A stretch of DNA of 64,000 bases from Alphaproteobacteria bacterium (GTDB lineage Bacteria; Pseudomonadota; Alphaproteobacteria; MPNO01; UBA830), in assembly GCA_965243135.1 (NCBI GenBank), contig OZ251539.1, forward strand, positions 3,424,001-3,488,000. Reading direction: 5' to 3'. Of this stretch, positions 21,634-31,249 are shown piece by piece. How positions within the stretch are numbered: position 1 is the first letter of the stretch; each line of letters begins with the position of its first letter. The translations under genes were made by a program, and so were the position numbers. The notes under the pieces were generated by a model, which worked only from the letters and a program-made list of their open reading frames with translations, had not been told where the DNA came from and did not search any database.

Positions 21634-22632
21634 TCACGACGCGGTCGCCCACAGGACGTCTTCGATCCGCGGCGCGCCCGTCGCAAGCATCGCCAGCCGG
21701 TCGAAGCCGAGCGCGATTCCGGCGCATTCCGGCAGGCCGCGACCGAGCGCTTCGAGGAAATCGTCGTCGACCGGGTAAACGGCCTGGCCGAGACGGGCGC
21801 GGCGCCCGGCCCATTCCGCGAACCGGCGGCGATGTTCGCCCGGGTCGGTCAGCTCTCCGTAGCCGTTGGCGAGTTCGAGTCCGCAAATGAAGATTTCGAA
21901 GCGCTCGGCGACGCTCGGGTCGTCGGGGTCGAGCCGCGCGAGCGCCGCCATCGGCGCCGGGTAGGAGTGCAGTATCGCGGGCGCGCCGGTTCCGAGAAAC
22001 GGCTCGACGCGGTCGAGGAAGATGCGAAAGAAAACGTCTTCCCAGGAATCGGACGGGGCGGTGCGCAGCCCGATCGTCCGGGCGGCGGCGCGCAGGCCGT
22101 CGACGTCGCCGGCCTCGCCGAGGTCGACATCCGCGTGGCGGCGAAACGCTTCGGCGACCGACACGAACTCCCAGGGAGCCGACAGGTCGCACGCGCTGCC
22201 GTCGCGGCGGACCTCGGGACCGGCCAGCGTCCGGACGAGATCCCTCGCCTCGCAAGCGACATCGCGCCACGAGGCGCCGGTCCGATACCACTCGAGCATG
22301 GAGAATTCGGGATGGTGCTTCGCCGACGAATCTGCGTCGCGAAACACCCGGGCAAGCTGCCATATCCGTTCCATCCCCCCGGCGAGCAGTTTCTTCATCG
22401 CGAATTCCGGCGAGGTGTGCAGATAACGAACCGAGCGGTCGCCGGCGACGATCTCGAAGGCGGAGAGATGGGGTTCGAGTCCGGGCGACGCCTGAAGCGC
22501 GGGCGTCTCCACTTCGGTATAGCCGCGCGCGTCGAAAAACGGGCGAAGCATCCGGATCATCTCGGCGCGGCGCCGCAGCGCCGGGCGGCGGGCGGCGAGC
22601 CGCGAAGGCTCCCACCAGGCGGATTCAGTCAT
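21634..22632 (-). CDS. epmA: EF-P lysine aminoacylase EpmA
   Basis: YLHTSPEFAMKKLL, HHPEFSMLEWY, LELANGYGEL, GIALGFDRL. Confidence 0.95.
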   Translation of the reverse strand: MTESAWWEPSRLAARRPALRRRAEMIRMLRPFFDARGYTEVETPALQASPGLEPHLSAFEIVAGDRSVRYLHTSPEFAMKKLLAGGMERIWQLARVFRDADSSAKHHPEFSMLEWYRTGASWRDVACEARDLVRTLAGPEVRRDGSACDLSAPWEFVSVAEAFRRHADVDLGEAGDVDGLRAAARTIGLRTAPSDSWEDVFFRIFLDRVEPFLGTGAPAILHSYPAPMAALARLDPDDPSVAERFEIFICGLELANGYGELTDPGEHRRRFAEWAGRRARLGQAVYPVDDDFLEALGRGLPECAGIALGFDRLAMLATGAPRIEDVLWATAS

Positions 22633-22908
22633 ACCGCGAATATGCCCTATCGGCCGGAAAAACGTCACCCGGACGGGACGTGCCAGTCCATGCCGGAACG
22701 CGATTTCGCGCCGCGTCCGTCCGCCGAGGCGCGGTCCCTGCTCCCGCCCGCCGATTCGAGGTTCTTGCGCCGTTCGTAGCGTCTTGAAATACGGACGGCT
22801 TTGAGGGGCGTGGAATTTCTTTCGCTCGGGCACGGAAAAACTGCGGATTTTCCACGCCGAAACCGCCATTTTTTCCACCCCAAAACCGCTCCGCGACCGT
22901 GCGTCATG

Positions 22909-23075
22909 GCCCGGTTCGCCTCGAGTTCGCCGTGCGGCGTCGAAGCAACCCGATATCCGTTTTCGTTCCGCAGCCGCCCTCCTGCCCGACCCTTGCGGGC
23001 TTGCCGACGAGCGGCCGGGGCGGAGCGCCGAGCGGACGGCAGCCGACGAAAACGGTACGGCGCAAACGCCTCGAG
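22909..23075 (+). repeat. Dispersed ~165-bp element, copy 2 (upstream of AAA-PD-(D/E)xK gene 2)
   Basis: Aligns with 17990-18153; its terminal ~35-bp motif also occurs at 4875-4911 and 25046-25080. Confidence 0.8.
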
Positions 23076-23257
23076 GTCTGAAATCAATGGCTCGATTGGC
23101 ATTGCATCGCCTTGCCCGGCGTTGTTCGACGATGCCGATGAACGCTCCAGGAAGGAAATTCAAGAAAACCGCATTCAGCGGGTTAGGGGAGATTTCCGCG
23201 GAACCGCGCCAGCTTGATGGCAGCGGAGCATGCATAATGCCGATCGAGCCAATTCAA

Positions 23258-23287
23258 TTGACCGTTTCCGTTGCGGCGGCCTATTCT
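23258..23287 (+). promoter_or_regulatory. Sigma70-type promoter, predicted leaderless transcript
   Basis: TTGACC-N18-TATTCT, then 6 nt to the ATG at 23294. Confidence 0.65.
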
Positions 23288-23293
23288 AACCGA

Positions 23294-24835
23294 ATGAAAA
23301 AACGCATGCTTCCGATCGGGATGACCTCCCTCCGGAAAATCCAGAGGGAGGACTGCTACTACGTCGACAAGACGGACCTTTTGCGCCGTCTCGTCGAAGG
23401 TGGTCAGCACTATTTTCTGTCGCGCCCGCGCCGGTTCGGCAAGACCCTGCTTGTGGACACGCTGCAGGAGCTGTTCGAGGGAAGCGAGGAGCTGTTCCGG
23501 GGCCTCGCCGTGCACGGCAAATGGGACTGGTCGGCGCGCCACCCGGTCGTGCGGCTGGATTTCGGCGGGGGCGATTTCGGCGACCCGGACGGGGTTCGGG
23601 AAGAAGCGGAATCGCAACTGAAGGCGGCGGAGAGGCTGGCCGGCATCGAGCCGGGCAGCGCCAGAGTTTCGATCCGCTTCCGGGAACTGATCGCGGCCCT
23701 GCACGAGCGCACCGGGCAGCGGGCGGTCGTGCTGGTGGACGAATACGACAAACCGATCCTGGACGCGCTCGGCGACCGGGAACTGGCGCTGGCCAACCGC
23801 GACTTCCTGCGCAGCCTGTACGGGACGATCAAGGCCTGCGACAGGCATCTCCGTTTCGTTTTTCTGACGGGGGTGAGCAAGTTCTCGCAGGCGGGAATTT
23901 TCTCGGGCCTGAACAACCTGAACGACATCACGCTGGACGAGCGCTACGGCGCCCTCTGCGGCTACACGGACGCGGAGCTGGACGCGGTCTTCGCCCCGGA
24001 ACTCGAGGGCCTGGACCGGGAGGAGGTCCGGCGCTGGTACAACGGCTACAACTGGCTCGGACCGGAGAGGGTCTACAACCCGCACGACATCCTGCTGCTG
24101 TTCGACAAGCGCAGATTCCGCCCGTACTGGTTCCAGACCGGCACGCCGACCTTCCTCGCCGACCTTCTGGCGCGGCGCCGGGTCGCAGCGCCGGCCCTGG
24201 AGGGTCTGGTCGCCGGCCACTCGCTGTTGTCGGCCATCGACGTCGACCGCATTCCCGTCGAGGCGCTGCTGTTCCAGACCGGCTACCTGACCGTCGTCGG
24301 CGAAGAGCGGGACGAGGATACGCGCCTCTACCAGCTGGACTACCCGAACCAGGAGGTGAGGCGCAGTCTGAACGCGCTTCTGCTGAAAGCAATGGCGCCG
24401 GAGGTCACGGTCGCGGCGGAGAGCCGGGAGTTGCGCCGCCTGATGCGGGCGAACGACTTCGCGGGCCTCGAGAATCTGTTCCGGGCGTTCCTGGCGAGCA
24501 TCCCGAACGAGTGGTACGCGAACACGGGCATGGCCGGCTACGAGGCGCACTACGCGAGCGTGTTCTACTCGCACTTCGTGGCGGCGGGGATGGACGTCCG
24601 CGCCGAGGAGAGCACGGCGCGCGGCCGCTCGGACCTGACGGTCCTGTACGGCGGCGTCTACCTGTTCGAGTTCAAGGTCGCGGACGGGAAGCCGGAAGGA
24701 CGGGCGCTGGCGCAGATCCGAGAGCGCGGCTACGCGGACAAGTACCGGCGTCCGGGCGTGCAGGTCCACCTGATCGGCATCGAGTTCGGCCGGGAGGAGC
24801 GCAACATCGTCGGGTTCGAGTTCGAGACCGTTTGA
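23294..24835 (+). CDS. AAA-ATPase-like / PD-(D/E)xK nuclease protein, intact copy
   Basis: Same motifs as the 18204 copy with an in-frame C-terminal EESTARGRSDL...YLFEFKV...ALAQIRERGYADKY domain. Confidence 0.9.
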   Translation: MKKRMLPIGMTSLRKIQREDCYYVDKTDLLRRLVEGGQHYFLSRPRRFGKTLLVDTLQELFEGSEELFRGLAVHGKWDWSARHPVVRLDFGGGDFGDPDGVREEAESQLKAAERLAGIEPGSARVSIRFRELIAALHERTGQRAVVLVDEYDKPILDALGDRELALANRDFLRSLYGTIKACDRHLRFVFLTGVSKFSQAGIFSGLNNLNDITLDERYGALCGYTDAELDAVFAPELEGLDREEVRRWYNGYNWLGPERVYNPHDILLLFDKRRFRPYWFQTGTPTFLADLLARRRVAAPALEGLVAGHSLLSAIDVDRIPVEALLFQTGYLTVVGEERDEDTRLYQLDYPNQEVRRSLNALLLKAMAPEVTVAAESRELRRLMRANDFAGLENLFRAFLASIPNEWYANTGMAGYEAHYASVFYSHFVAAGMDVRAEESTARGRSDLTVLYGGVYLFEFKVADGKPEGRALAQIRERGYADKYRRPGVQVHLIGIEFGREERNIVGFEFETV

Positions 24836-25175
24836 ACAGCTGTCCAACGCCGATGTCCCCGTGCCGGTTCGAGAGCCTCGGAGGTCTCGATTTCGGAACT
24901 CCCGGCGTGGTGCCCGTTTTCGTTGAATCTTTGCGCAGCGGTCGCGTTTTGCCTCCCTGCGCGACAACGTAGCGCATTGCCTCGGAGCCTCTTGCGATGA
25001 CCGTCTCGCTTGCGAAGCGCAACGCAGGCCGTCGGCGGCGCGACCGGTCAACAACAAAGGCGCAGCGCAAACGCCTCGAGAAAATTCTTGCAATGCCGAA
25101 TCCCGCGGCACATGATCGGCGCGTTCCCGCGAACGAGCGCGAAAAACTCCGGGAACGCCACGGCGGAGGCAAGAC

Positions 25176-25577
25176 ATGACAAGCAAGCAATGCGTATTCG
25201 TCCCCGGCATGTCCGAAGCGTTGGAGGAAGCGAGGGTTCCGATTTCGCCCGCCGTGAAGGCCAACGGTTTCGTGTTCGTTTCCGGCCTGCCTCCCGTCGA
25301 TCCCAAGACCGGCAAGGTCGTCAACGGCGACATCGCGCGGCAAACCCGGCTCAGCCTGCGAAACGTCCAGCGCGCGCTGCGCGCCGCCGGCTCCTCCCTC
25401 GACCGCGTGGTCAAGGTGAACGTGTATATTTCCAACTCCGCGTATTTCAACACGGTCAACGAAGAATACCGCAAGTTCTTTCCCGAGAATCCCCCCGCGA
25501 GAACCTTCGTCACGGTCGGGTCGTGGCCGTGGGAGTTCGATATCGAGATCGAATGCACGGCCTTGTGCGACGACTGA
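25176..25577 (+). CDS. RidA/YjgF family protein
   Basis: SPAVKANGFVFVSG, VVKVNVY, PPART, IEIEC. Confidence 0.9.
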   Translation: MTSKQCVFVPGMSEALEEARVPISPAVKANGFVFVSGLPPVDPKTGKVVNGDIARQTRLSLRNVQRALRAAGSSLDRVVKVNVYISNSAYFNTVNEEYRKFFPENPPARTFVTVGSWPWEFDIEIECTALCDD

Positions 25578-25596
25578 ACCGGCAGGGAGATCATAG

Positions 25597-26118
25597 ATGA
25601 CCGCCCCCGTTCCCCTCAATCTCATGAAGTGGATCGACGATCACGCCGACGTGCTGAAGCCGCCCGTCGGCAACGCCCAATTCTGGGAGGACGGCGACTT
25701 CATCGTCACCGTGGTCGGAGGTCCCAACGTCCGAACCGACTATCACGACGACCCCGGCGACGAGTTCTTCTATCAGCTTCGCGGCGACATGGTTCTTCGG
25801 ATCATGGAGGAAGGCGAACCCAGGGACGTTCCGATCCGGGAGGGAGAGGTGCTGATGCTTCCCGCCCACACGCCGCACTCGCCGCAGCGTCCGTCGGAAA
25901 CGGTCGGCCTGGTGATCGAACGGGTCCGGCAACCCGGGGAGCTCGACGCCTTCGAATGGTATTGCGAAAAATGCGACGCGAAGGTCTACCGCCACGAGGT
26001 CGAGGTCACGGATCTGGTTCGCGATCTGCCGCCTGTTTTCGAAAAATACTACGGCGACCCGGCGTTGCGCGTCTGCAGCCGCTGCGGCCACGGCAACCCG
26101 GGAAAACCGGACAGCTGA
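25597..26118 (+). CDS. nbaC: 3-hydroxyanthranilate 3,4-dioxygenase
   Basis: LKPPVGN, VGGPNVRTDYH, EFFYQ, PHSPQR; rubredoxin-like CEKC and CSRC. Confidence 0.95.
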   Translation: MTAPVPLNLMKWIDDHADVLKPPVGNAQFWEDGDFIVTVVGGPNVRTDYHDDPGDEFFYQLRGDMVLRIMEEGEPRDVPIREGEVLMLPAHTPHSPQRPSETVGLVIERVRQPGELDAFEWYCEKCDAKVYRHEVEVTDLVRDLPPVFEKYYGDPALRVCSRCGHGNPGKPDS

Positions 26119-26234
26119 AGCGGCCCGTCCGGCTCGCGTCGGACGGAACGGCGGCGCCGGCCGGAACCGGGATTGTCCGGGCGCCGCCGGACTGTTAGGT
26201 TCCGCGCCGCTTCAGGGATTTGCGGACCGAAGAA

Positions 26235-26801
26235 ATGAAAATCCAGGCGAATGCGATCCGGGCCGGCAACGTCATCGAGCATGACGGCAAGCAATGGAAC
26301 GTCCTGAAAACCGAACTGCTGCTGCCCGGCAAGGGCAGCGCGTTCGTTCAGGTGGAGATGCGCGACGTCAAGTCGGGCAACAAGACAAACGAGCGGTTTC
26401 GCACTTCCGAGAGCGTCGAAAAGCTTATGGTCGAGGAGAAGGGCTGCACCTTTCTGTTCGAAAACGGCGACGAGTTTTCGTTCATGGACTCCGAAACCTA
26501 CGAGCAGTTCACCCTGTCCAGGGACGTCATCGGCGATTCCGCAGCTTTCGTGCGCGACGGCATGGAGGTGACGGCGGAGTTGATCGACGGCGCCGTCACC
26601 AGTGTCAGGCTGCCGCAACATGTCGTCGTGGAAGTGAAGGAGGCCGACCCGGTGGTCAAGGGCCAGACCGCGTCTTCGTCGTACAAACCGGCCGTCATCG
26701 ATAACGGCATGCGCGTAATGGTCCCGCCGCACATCGAGGCGGGCACGCGCATCGTCGTCAGCACGGGAGACGCCTCCTACGTCGAGCGCGCCAAGGACTG
26801 A
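26235..26801 (+). CDS. efp: Elongation factor P
   Basis: PGKG loop, FMDSETYEQ, VKGQTASSSYKPA, YVERA. Confidence 0.97.
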   Translation: MKIQANAIRAGNVIEHDGKQWNVLKTELLLPGKGSAFVQVEMRDVKSGNKTNERFRTSESVEKLMVEEKGCTFLFENGDEFSFMDSETYEQFTLSRDVIGDSAAFVRDGMEVTAELIDGAVTSVRLPQHVVVEVKEADPVVKGQTASSSYKPAVIDNGMRVMVPPHIEAGTRIVVSTGDASYVERAKD

Positions 26802-27240
26802 CCGCTTGCCTTCGGGCCCGAGGCGCGGGCCGATTTGAAGGACGCCTCCCCGACGGCCGTCCCGAAGCCCCTCGCCGGGAACATTCCGCGGCGGCGTATG
26901 TCGGACCGCTTCAATGGGGCGAAACCCGACGGCGACCGAAGCGAAGATCGCAGCGCCCCCTCGTCGACCGTCCGCGCGGAGTCCGACCGCGGGACGGTCC
27001 CGGGCTCCGGCGACTTCATCGGCGAAGCGATCGCCGAAATTCAGCTTGGCGGGGGTGGACGCCTTTGCCCCGCGCGGGCGTCCGCAATCCGTCGCGCAGC
27101 GGACAGCGAAACGGTCGCGATCTCAAAGCCGGAGTCGATAGCGGGTATGGATTTTTCGAAATCCGGATCGTATAAACGTCCGCCTTCGGTGCGGAACGGT
27201 CGTGGAAAGGTCGTCGCGCGCCCGCGACCTGGAAGCTTTC

Positions 27241-28056
27241 ATGGCGCTGCCTACACCCCTGATCAACGTCATGAGCATGGCGGTTCGCAAGGCGGCTCGG
27301 CCGCTGGTGCGCGATTTCGGCGAAATCGAGCGATTGCAGGCGTCGCGCAAGGGGCCCGGCAAGTTCGTGACCGAAGCCGGCCGTCGAACCGAAGACATTC
27401 TCCGCGAGGAACTCCGCAGGGCGCGGCCCGGTTTCGGCTACCAATCGGCAAAGGCGGCGGATGCGGGCGGCGCGACCGAACGCTGGCTCGTCGACCCCAT
27501 CGACGGAGCCTTGAACTTTCTGCACGGCATTCCCCATTTCGGGATTTCCATCGCGGTCGAGCGCGGCGGAGATCCCGTTGCAGGAGTTGTCTATGAGCCG
27601 GTTCGCGACGAACTGTTCTGGGCCGAACGCGGCGAAGGCGCCTATCTGAACCGTCACCGCCTTCGCGTGTCCGACCGGAGCCGGATGGCGGACGCCCTGC
27701 TCGCGACCGGAAGCCCGCCCGACAGGCAAGACGGAAAGAAGTTCTTCGACCTCGCATTCGGCGACATCCTGGACCGGGCCGCAGGCGTGCGCAGGCTGGG
27801 CACCGCGTCGCTCGACCTTTGCTACGTCGCCGCCGGCCGATTCGAAGGCTTCTGGGATATCGGCCCGTCGTTCCGGACAGTAGCGGCCGGCGCGGTGGTC
27901 GTCCGCGAAGCCGGCGGTATGGTCAACCGCCTTGGGGATGGCGGCGACGCGCCTGCCGGCAACCCGTTCGTCGCCGCCAATCAGCGATTGCACGACGAAC
28001 TCCACCGGATGCTCGACGAAGCGCTGCGCCGCGCGAACCCCGAAGCGACGGAATAA
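27241..28056 (+). CDS. suhB: Inositol monophosphatase family protein SuhB
   Basis: LVRDFGEIERLQ, WLVDPIDG, RRLGTASLDLCYVAAGRFEGFW. Confidence 0.88.
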   Translation: MALPTPLINVMSMAVRKAARPLVRDFGEIERLQASRKGPGKFVTEAGRRTEDILREELRRARPGFGYQSAKAADAGGATERWLVDPIDGALNFLHGIPHFGISIAVERGGDPVAGVVYEPVRDELFWAERGEGAYLNRHRLRVSDRSRMADALLATGSPPDRQDGKKFFDLAFGDILDRAAGVRRLGTASLDLCYVAAGRFEGFWDIGPSFRTVAAGAVVVREAGGMVNRLGDGGDAPAGNPFVAANQRLHDELHRMLDEALRRANPEATE

Positions 28057-28519
28057 AGGGCCGTTTCGCGGCGCATACGGGCATCTTGTATCGCAATCCG
28101 CGCAGAATTATATTACGCGAACAATGCGCGCCTTCCGCCCGGCGAAATTTAACGATGCGGCGAGGTCGCTGTCTCGCCGAGAGGAATTCATGATCGTGTG
28201 CCCGTCTTCGCGACGTTCTTCAGGCTGCCGCCGTCCGTGCGACCGGACGCGCCGACTATGAAGGATACGCTGAACCGGCGGCGGGCGGTTCGGGAGCTTC
28301 GGCGGTGAATGGATCCGCAGCCGCGCCGCCAGCGACGCGTCGCCCGGCAAGCGGAACGTCCGGACATCTCTTGCGCCGCGCGATGCGCGGAGCGAACGAA
28401 AGGCGTCCCGCCGGGAGACGGGACGCTCCCGCGGCCGCCCGCGGTTTCGCCGGGCCGGAGCGGCGTTTCGACGGCGGAACGAGGCGCGCAAGCGAGCGCC
28501 GCGCCGCGCAGGCCGAAAA

Positions 28520-29668
28520 ATGACTCATCCGCGACGATATCTTCTCCGAATGCTGGTCTTTCTCGTCGCGGTCGGCGCATTCGGGTTTCTGCTGGGCGAG
28601 GGTCTGATAAGCGCCTTCATGGCGAATCCGGGATTCAACGGCTTCATCGTCGGCGCGCTGCTGCTCGGCACCGTTTACATCATCCGTACCGTGCTGATTC
28701 TGGTTCGCGACGTCGCCTGGTTGGAGAGCTTTCGCAGCAACCGGCCGGGTTTGTCCGTCGTTCCGAAGCCTCAAATGCTCGCGCCGATGGCGGTCATGCT
28801 CGGCGACCGGCCGGAGAAGTTCAGCCTTTCCGCGACGGCGATGCGCTCGCTGCTCGACGGCATCTCCGCGCGGCTCGACGAATCGCGGGACATCTCGCGC
28901 TACATGATCGGCCTGCTCATATTTCTGGGTCTGCTCGGCACCTTCTGGGGCCTTATGCAGACGATCGGAGCGATAAGCGCCGTCATCGCCGACCTTTCCG
29001 TGAACGACGGCGGGCTCGACTCGGTGTTCAACGATCTCAAGCGCGGGTTGCAGTCTCCGCTTGCCGGCATGGGCACCGCTTTTTCGTCGTCGCTCTTCGG
29101 CCTCGCGGGTTCGCTGGTGCTGGGATTTCTGGAACTGCAGGCGGGACAGGCGCAGAATCGCTTTTACAACGACCTCGAAGACTGGCTGTCGACGCAGACC
29201 AAGCTCGGATCGGGAACGCTCGGGATCGACAGCGACCAAAACGTTCCGGCCTACGTGCAGGCGCTTCTCGAACAGACGGCCGACAGTCTCGAGAACCTGC
29301 AACGAACGCTGCAACGGGGCGAAGAGGCCAGGGTCGGCGCGAATGTCGGCGTCTCCCGCCTCACGGAAAAGATCGGCACGCTGACCGACCAGATGAAGAC
29401 GGAACAGACGCTGATGGCGCAACTCGCCGAACACCAGCTGGCCCTCAAGCCGATCCTGACCCGTCTCGACGAGAATTTCGCGCGCTCGAACGCCGAGGAC
29501 GCGGCCGCGGAGGAAATTCGCGGGCACCTGCGCAGCATCGATGCGCATCTCGCGCGCCTGCTCGAAGAAATGGCCAGCGGCCGCACGCAAACGGTGCAGG
29601 AGTTCCGGTCGGAAATACGCGTGCTGGCGCGCACGATCGCGGCGGCCGCCGAAAAGTCGGGACGCTAG
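28520..29668 (+). CDS. MotA/TolQ/ExbB-family membrane protein
   Basis: LIFLGLLGTFWGL, GMGTAFSSSLFGL; conserved alphaproteobacterial neighbour of suhB. Confidence 0.85.
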   Translation: MTHPRRYLLRMLVFLVAVGAFGFLLGEGLISAFMANPGFNGFIVGALLLGTVYIIRTVLILVRDVAWLESFRSNRPGLSVVPKPQMLAPMAVMLGDRPEKFSLSATAMRSLLDGISARLDESRDISRYMIGLLIFLGLLGTFWGLMQTIGAISAVIADLSVNDGGLDSVFNDLKRGLQSPLAGMGTAFSSSLFGLAGSLVLGFLELQAGQAQNRFYNDLEDWLSTQTKLGSGTLGIDSDQNVPAYVQALLEQTADSLENLQRTLQRGEEARVGANVGVSRLTEKIGTLTDQMKTEQTLMAQLAEHQLALKPILTRLDENFARSNAEDAAAEEIRGHLRSIDAHLARLLEEMASGRTQTVQEFRSEIRVLARTIAAAAEKSGR

Positions 29669-29680
29669 GTTCTCGGAGAC

Positions 29681-31084
29681 ATGCCGGGCGCCCTCAACCG
29701 CCAGCGCCGAACGCTCGACATTTGGCCGGGTTTCGTCGACGCCCTCGCGGCCCTGTTGATGATCATCATCTTTTTGGTGCTCGTCTTCACGCTGGCGCAG
29801 TTCTTCCTTAGTCAGGCCCTGTCCGGGCGAAACCAGGCGCTCGAGAGACTCACCCGGCAGGTCGACGAGTTGGCGCAGATGCTGTCGCTGGAGCGGGCCT
29901 CTTCGGCCGGGCTGCGCGACAGTCTCGCCCGGATTTCCGCCGATCTCGACGCCGCGGTCGCCGACAACGAAAGGCTGTCGAGCCGGCTCGCGGAAGTCAT
30001 GCCGCAAAGCGAGGCCCTCGAGACGCAGCTCGCGGAAACCGTCCGCGAGCGCGACCTGCTTCAGGCGCGCCTGAACGAGCGAGCCGCGGCTGCGGCGGAA
30101 ACCGCCGCGGAACTCGAGGAGGCGCGCAAGCTCGTCGAGGCGGACAAGGAGACGATCGCCCTCCAGCTACGGCAGATCGTGCAGCTCAACCGCGACATCG
30201 AGGCGCTGCGCAAGGTCCGCGGCGATCTCGAAAAGCGAGTCGCGGACATGGCCTCGACGATCGCCGACCGAGACAGTACCGTCACCGCGCTTCGCGATCG
30301 ATCGGCGGAACTCGAAGCGCGCCTGTCTACGGAACGCGAACGAACGGCGCTGGCGCAAAAGGAGATCGAGGAAAAAACGCTGACCGTTCGGGAACTCAGC
30401 GCGCAGACGCGGCGCATTGGCGAGGAACTCTCGGACGAGCAACGGGAAAACCTCCGCGCCCGGCGCGAAATAGAATTGCTCAACAGAAACCTCGCGGTTC
30501 TCCGTCAACAGCTGGCGCGATTGAATGCGGCCCTCGAAGCCTCCGAAGCGAAGGCGAGCGAACAGGAAATCCAGATCGTCAGCCTCGGAAAGAGGCTGAA
30601 CGAAGCGCTCGCATCCAAGGTCGCGGAACTTGCGCGTTACCGCTCCGAATTCTTCGGCCGCCTTCGGGCGGTGCTTGGGGAGCGGCGCGAGATCCGCATC
30701 GAAGGCGACCGCTTCGTTTTTCAGTCCGAAGTTCTGTTCTCTTCCGGTTCCGCCGACCTCAGTTCGAGCGGCCGGCAGCAGATCGATCGTCTGGCGGATA
30801 CGCTGATCGATATTTCGGGCCGGATTCCGGACGATTTGAACTGGGTGCTGCGGGTCGACGGACATACGGACCGCATTCCGATCAAGACTCCGCTATACGC
30901 CTCGAACTGGGAGCTTTCGGCGGCGCGGGCGATATCGGTGGTAAAGCAGTTGCTGGAAAGAGGCATACCGGCGACGCGGCTGGTCGCCGCCGGGTTCGGG
31001 GAGTTTCAGCCGCTCGACGACGGCAAATCCGTGGAGGCGCTCCGCCGCAACCGCCGCATCGAGTTCAAGTTGACCCAGCGCTGA
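29681..31084 (+). CDS. Coiled-coil OmpA/MotB-type peptidoglycan-binding protein
   Basis: DIWPGFVDAL TM segment, long coiled coil, VDGHTD, NWELSAARA, NRRIEFK. Confidence 0.88.
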   Translation: MPGALNRQRRTLDIWPGFVDALAALLMIIIFLVLVFTLAQFFLSQALSGRNQALERLTRQVDELAQMLSLERASSAGLRDSLARISADLDAAVADNERLSSRLAEVMPQSEALETQLAETVRERDLLQARLNERAAAAAETAAELEEARKLVEADKETIALQLRQIVQLNRDIEALRKVRGDLEKRVADMASTIADRDSTVTALRDRSAELEARLSTERERTALAQKEIEEKTLTVRELSAQTRRIGEELSDEQRENLRARREIELLNRNLAVLRQQLARLNAALEASEAKASEQEIQIVSLGKRLNEALASKVAELARYRSEFFGRLRAVLGERREIRIEGDRFVFQSEVLFSSGSADLSSSGRQQIDRLADTLIDISGRIPDDLNWVLRVDGHTDRIPIKTPLYASNWELSAARAISVVKQLLERGIPATRLVAAGFGEFQPLDDGKSVEALRRNRRIEFKLTQR

Positions 31085-31249
31085 CGGGGGCCGAAAACCG
31101 CCGAGGTCGCCCTCGCGGCGATCGCCGAAAAGAGCGTCGAAAGCGCTCGCGAGGGACCGGCACCCTGCCGGGGGCTCGGGTAGCGGGACCATCCGCCATG
31201 GGGGGACACGGTGCGAACCGGCGGCAAGGTGGAAAGCGACATCGCGCCG

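Noticed and set aside
18204-24835. Diversity-generating retroelement template/variable pair
   Set aside because: Differences between the paralogs are not adenine-specific, extend over the whole gene, and there is no reverse transcriptase in the window.
28520-31084. Zorya ZorA/ZorB beside the defence island
   Set aside because: Host-like GC and codon use, the coiled coil is in the OmpA partner, the pair is a conserved neighbour of suhB in Alphaproteobacteria, and no zorC/D/E follow.
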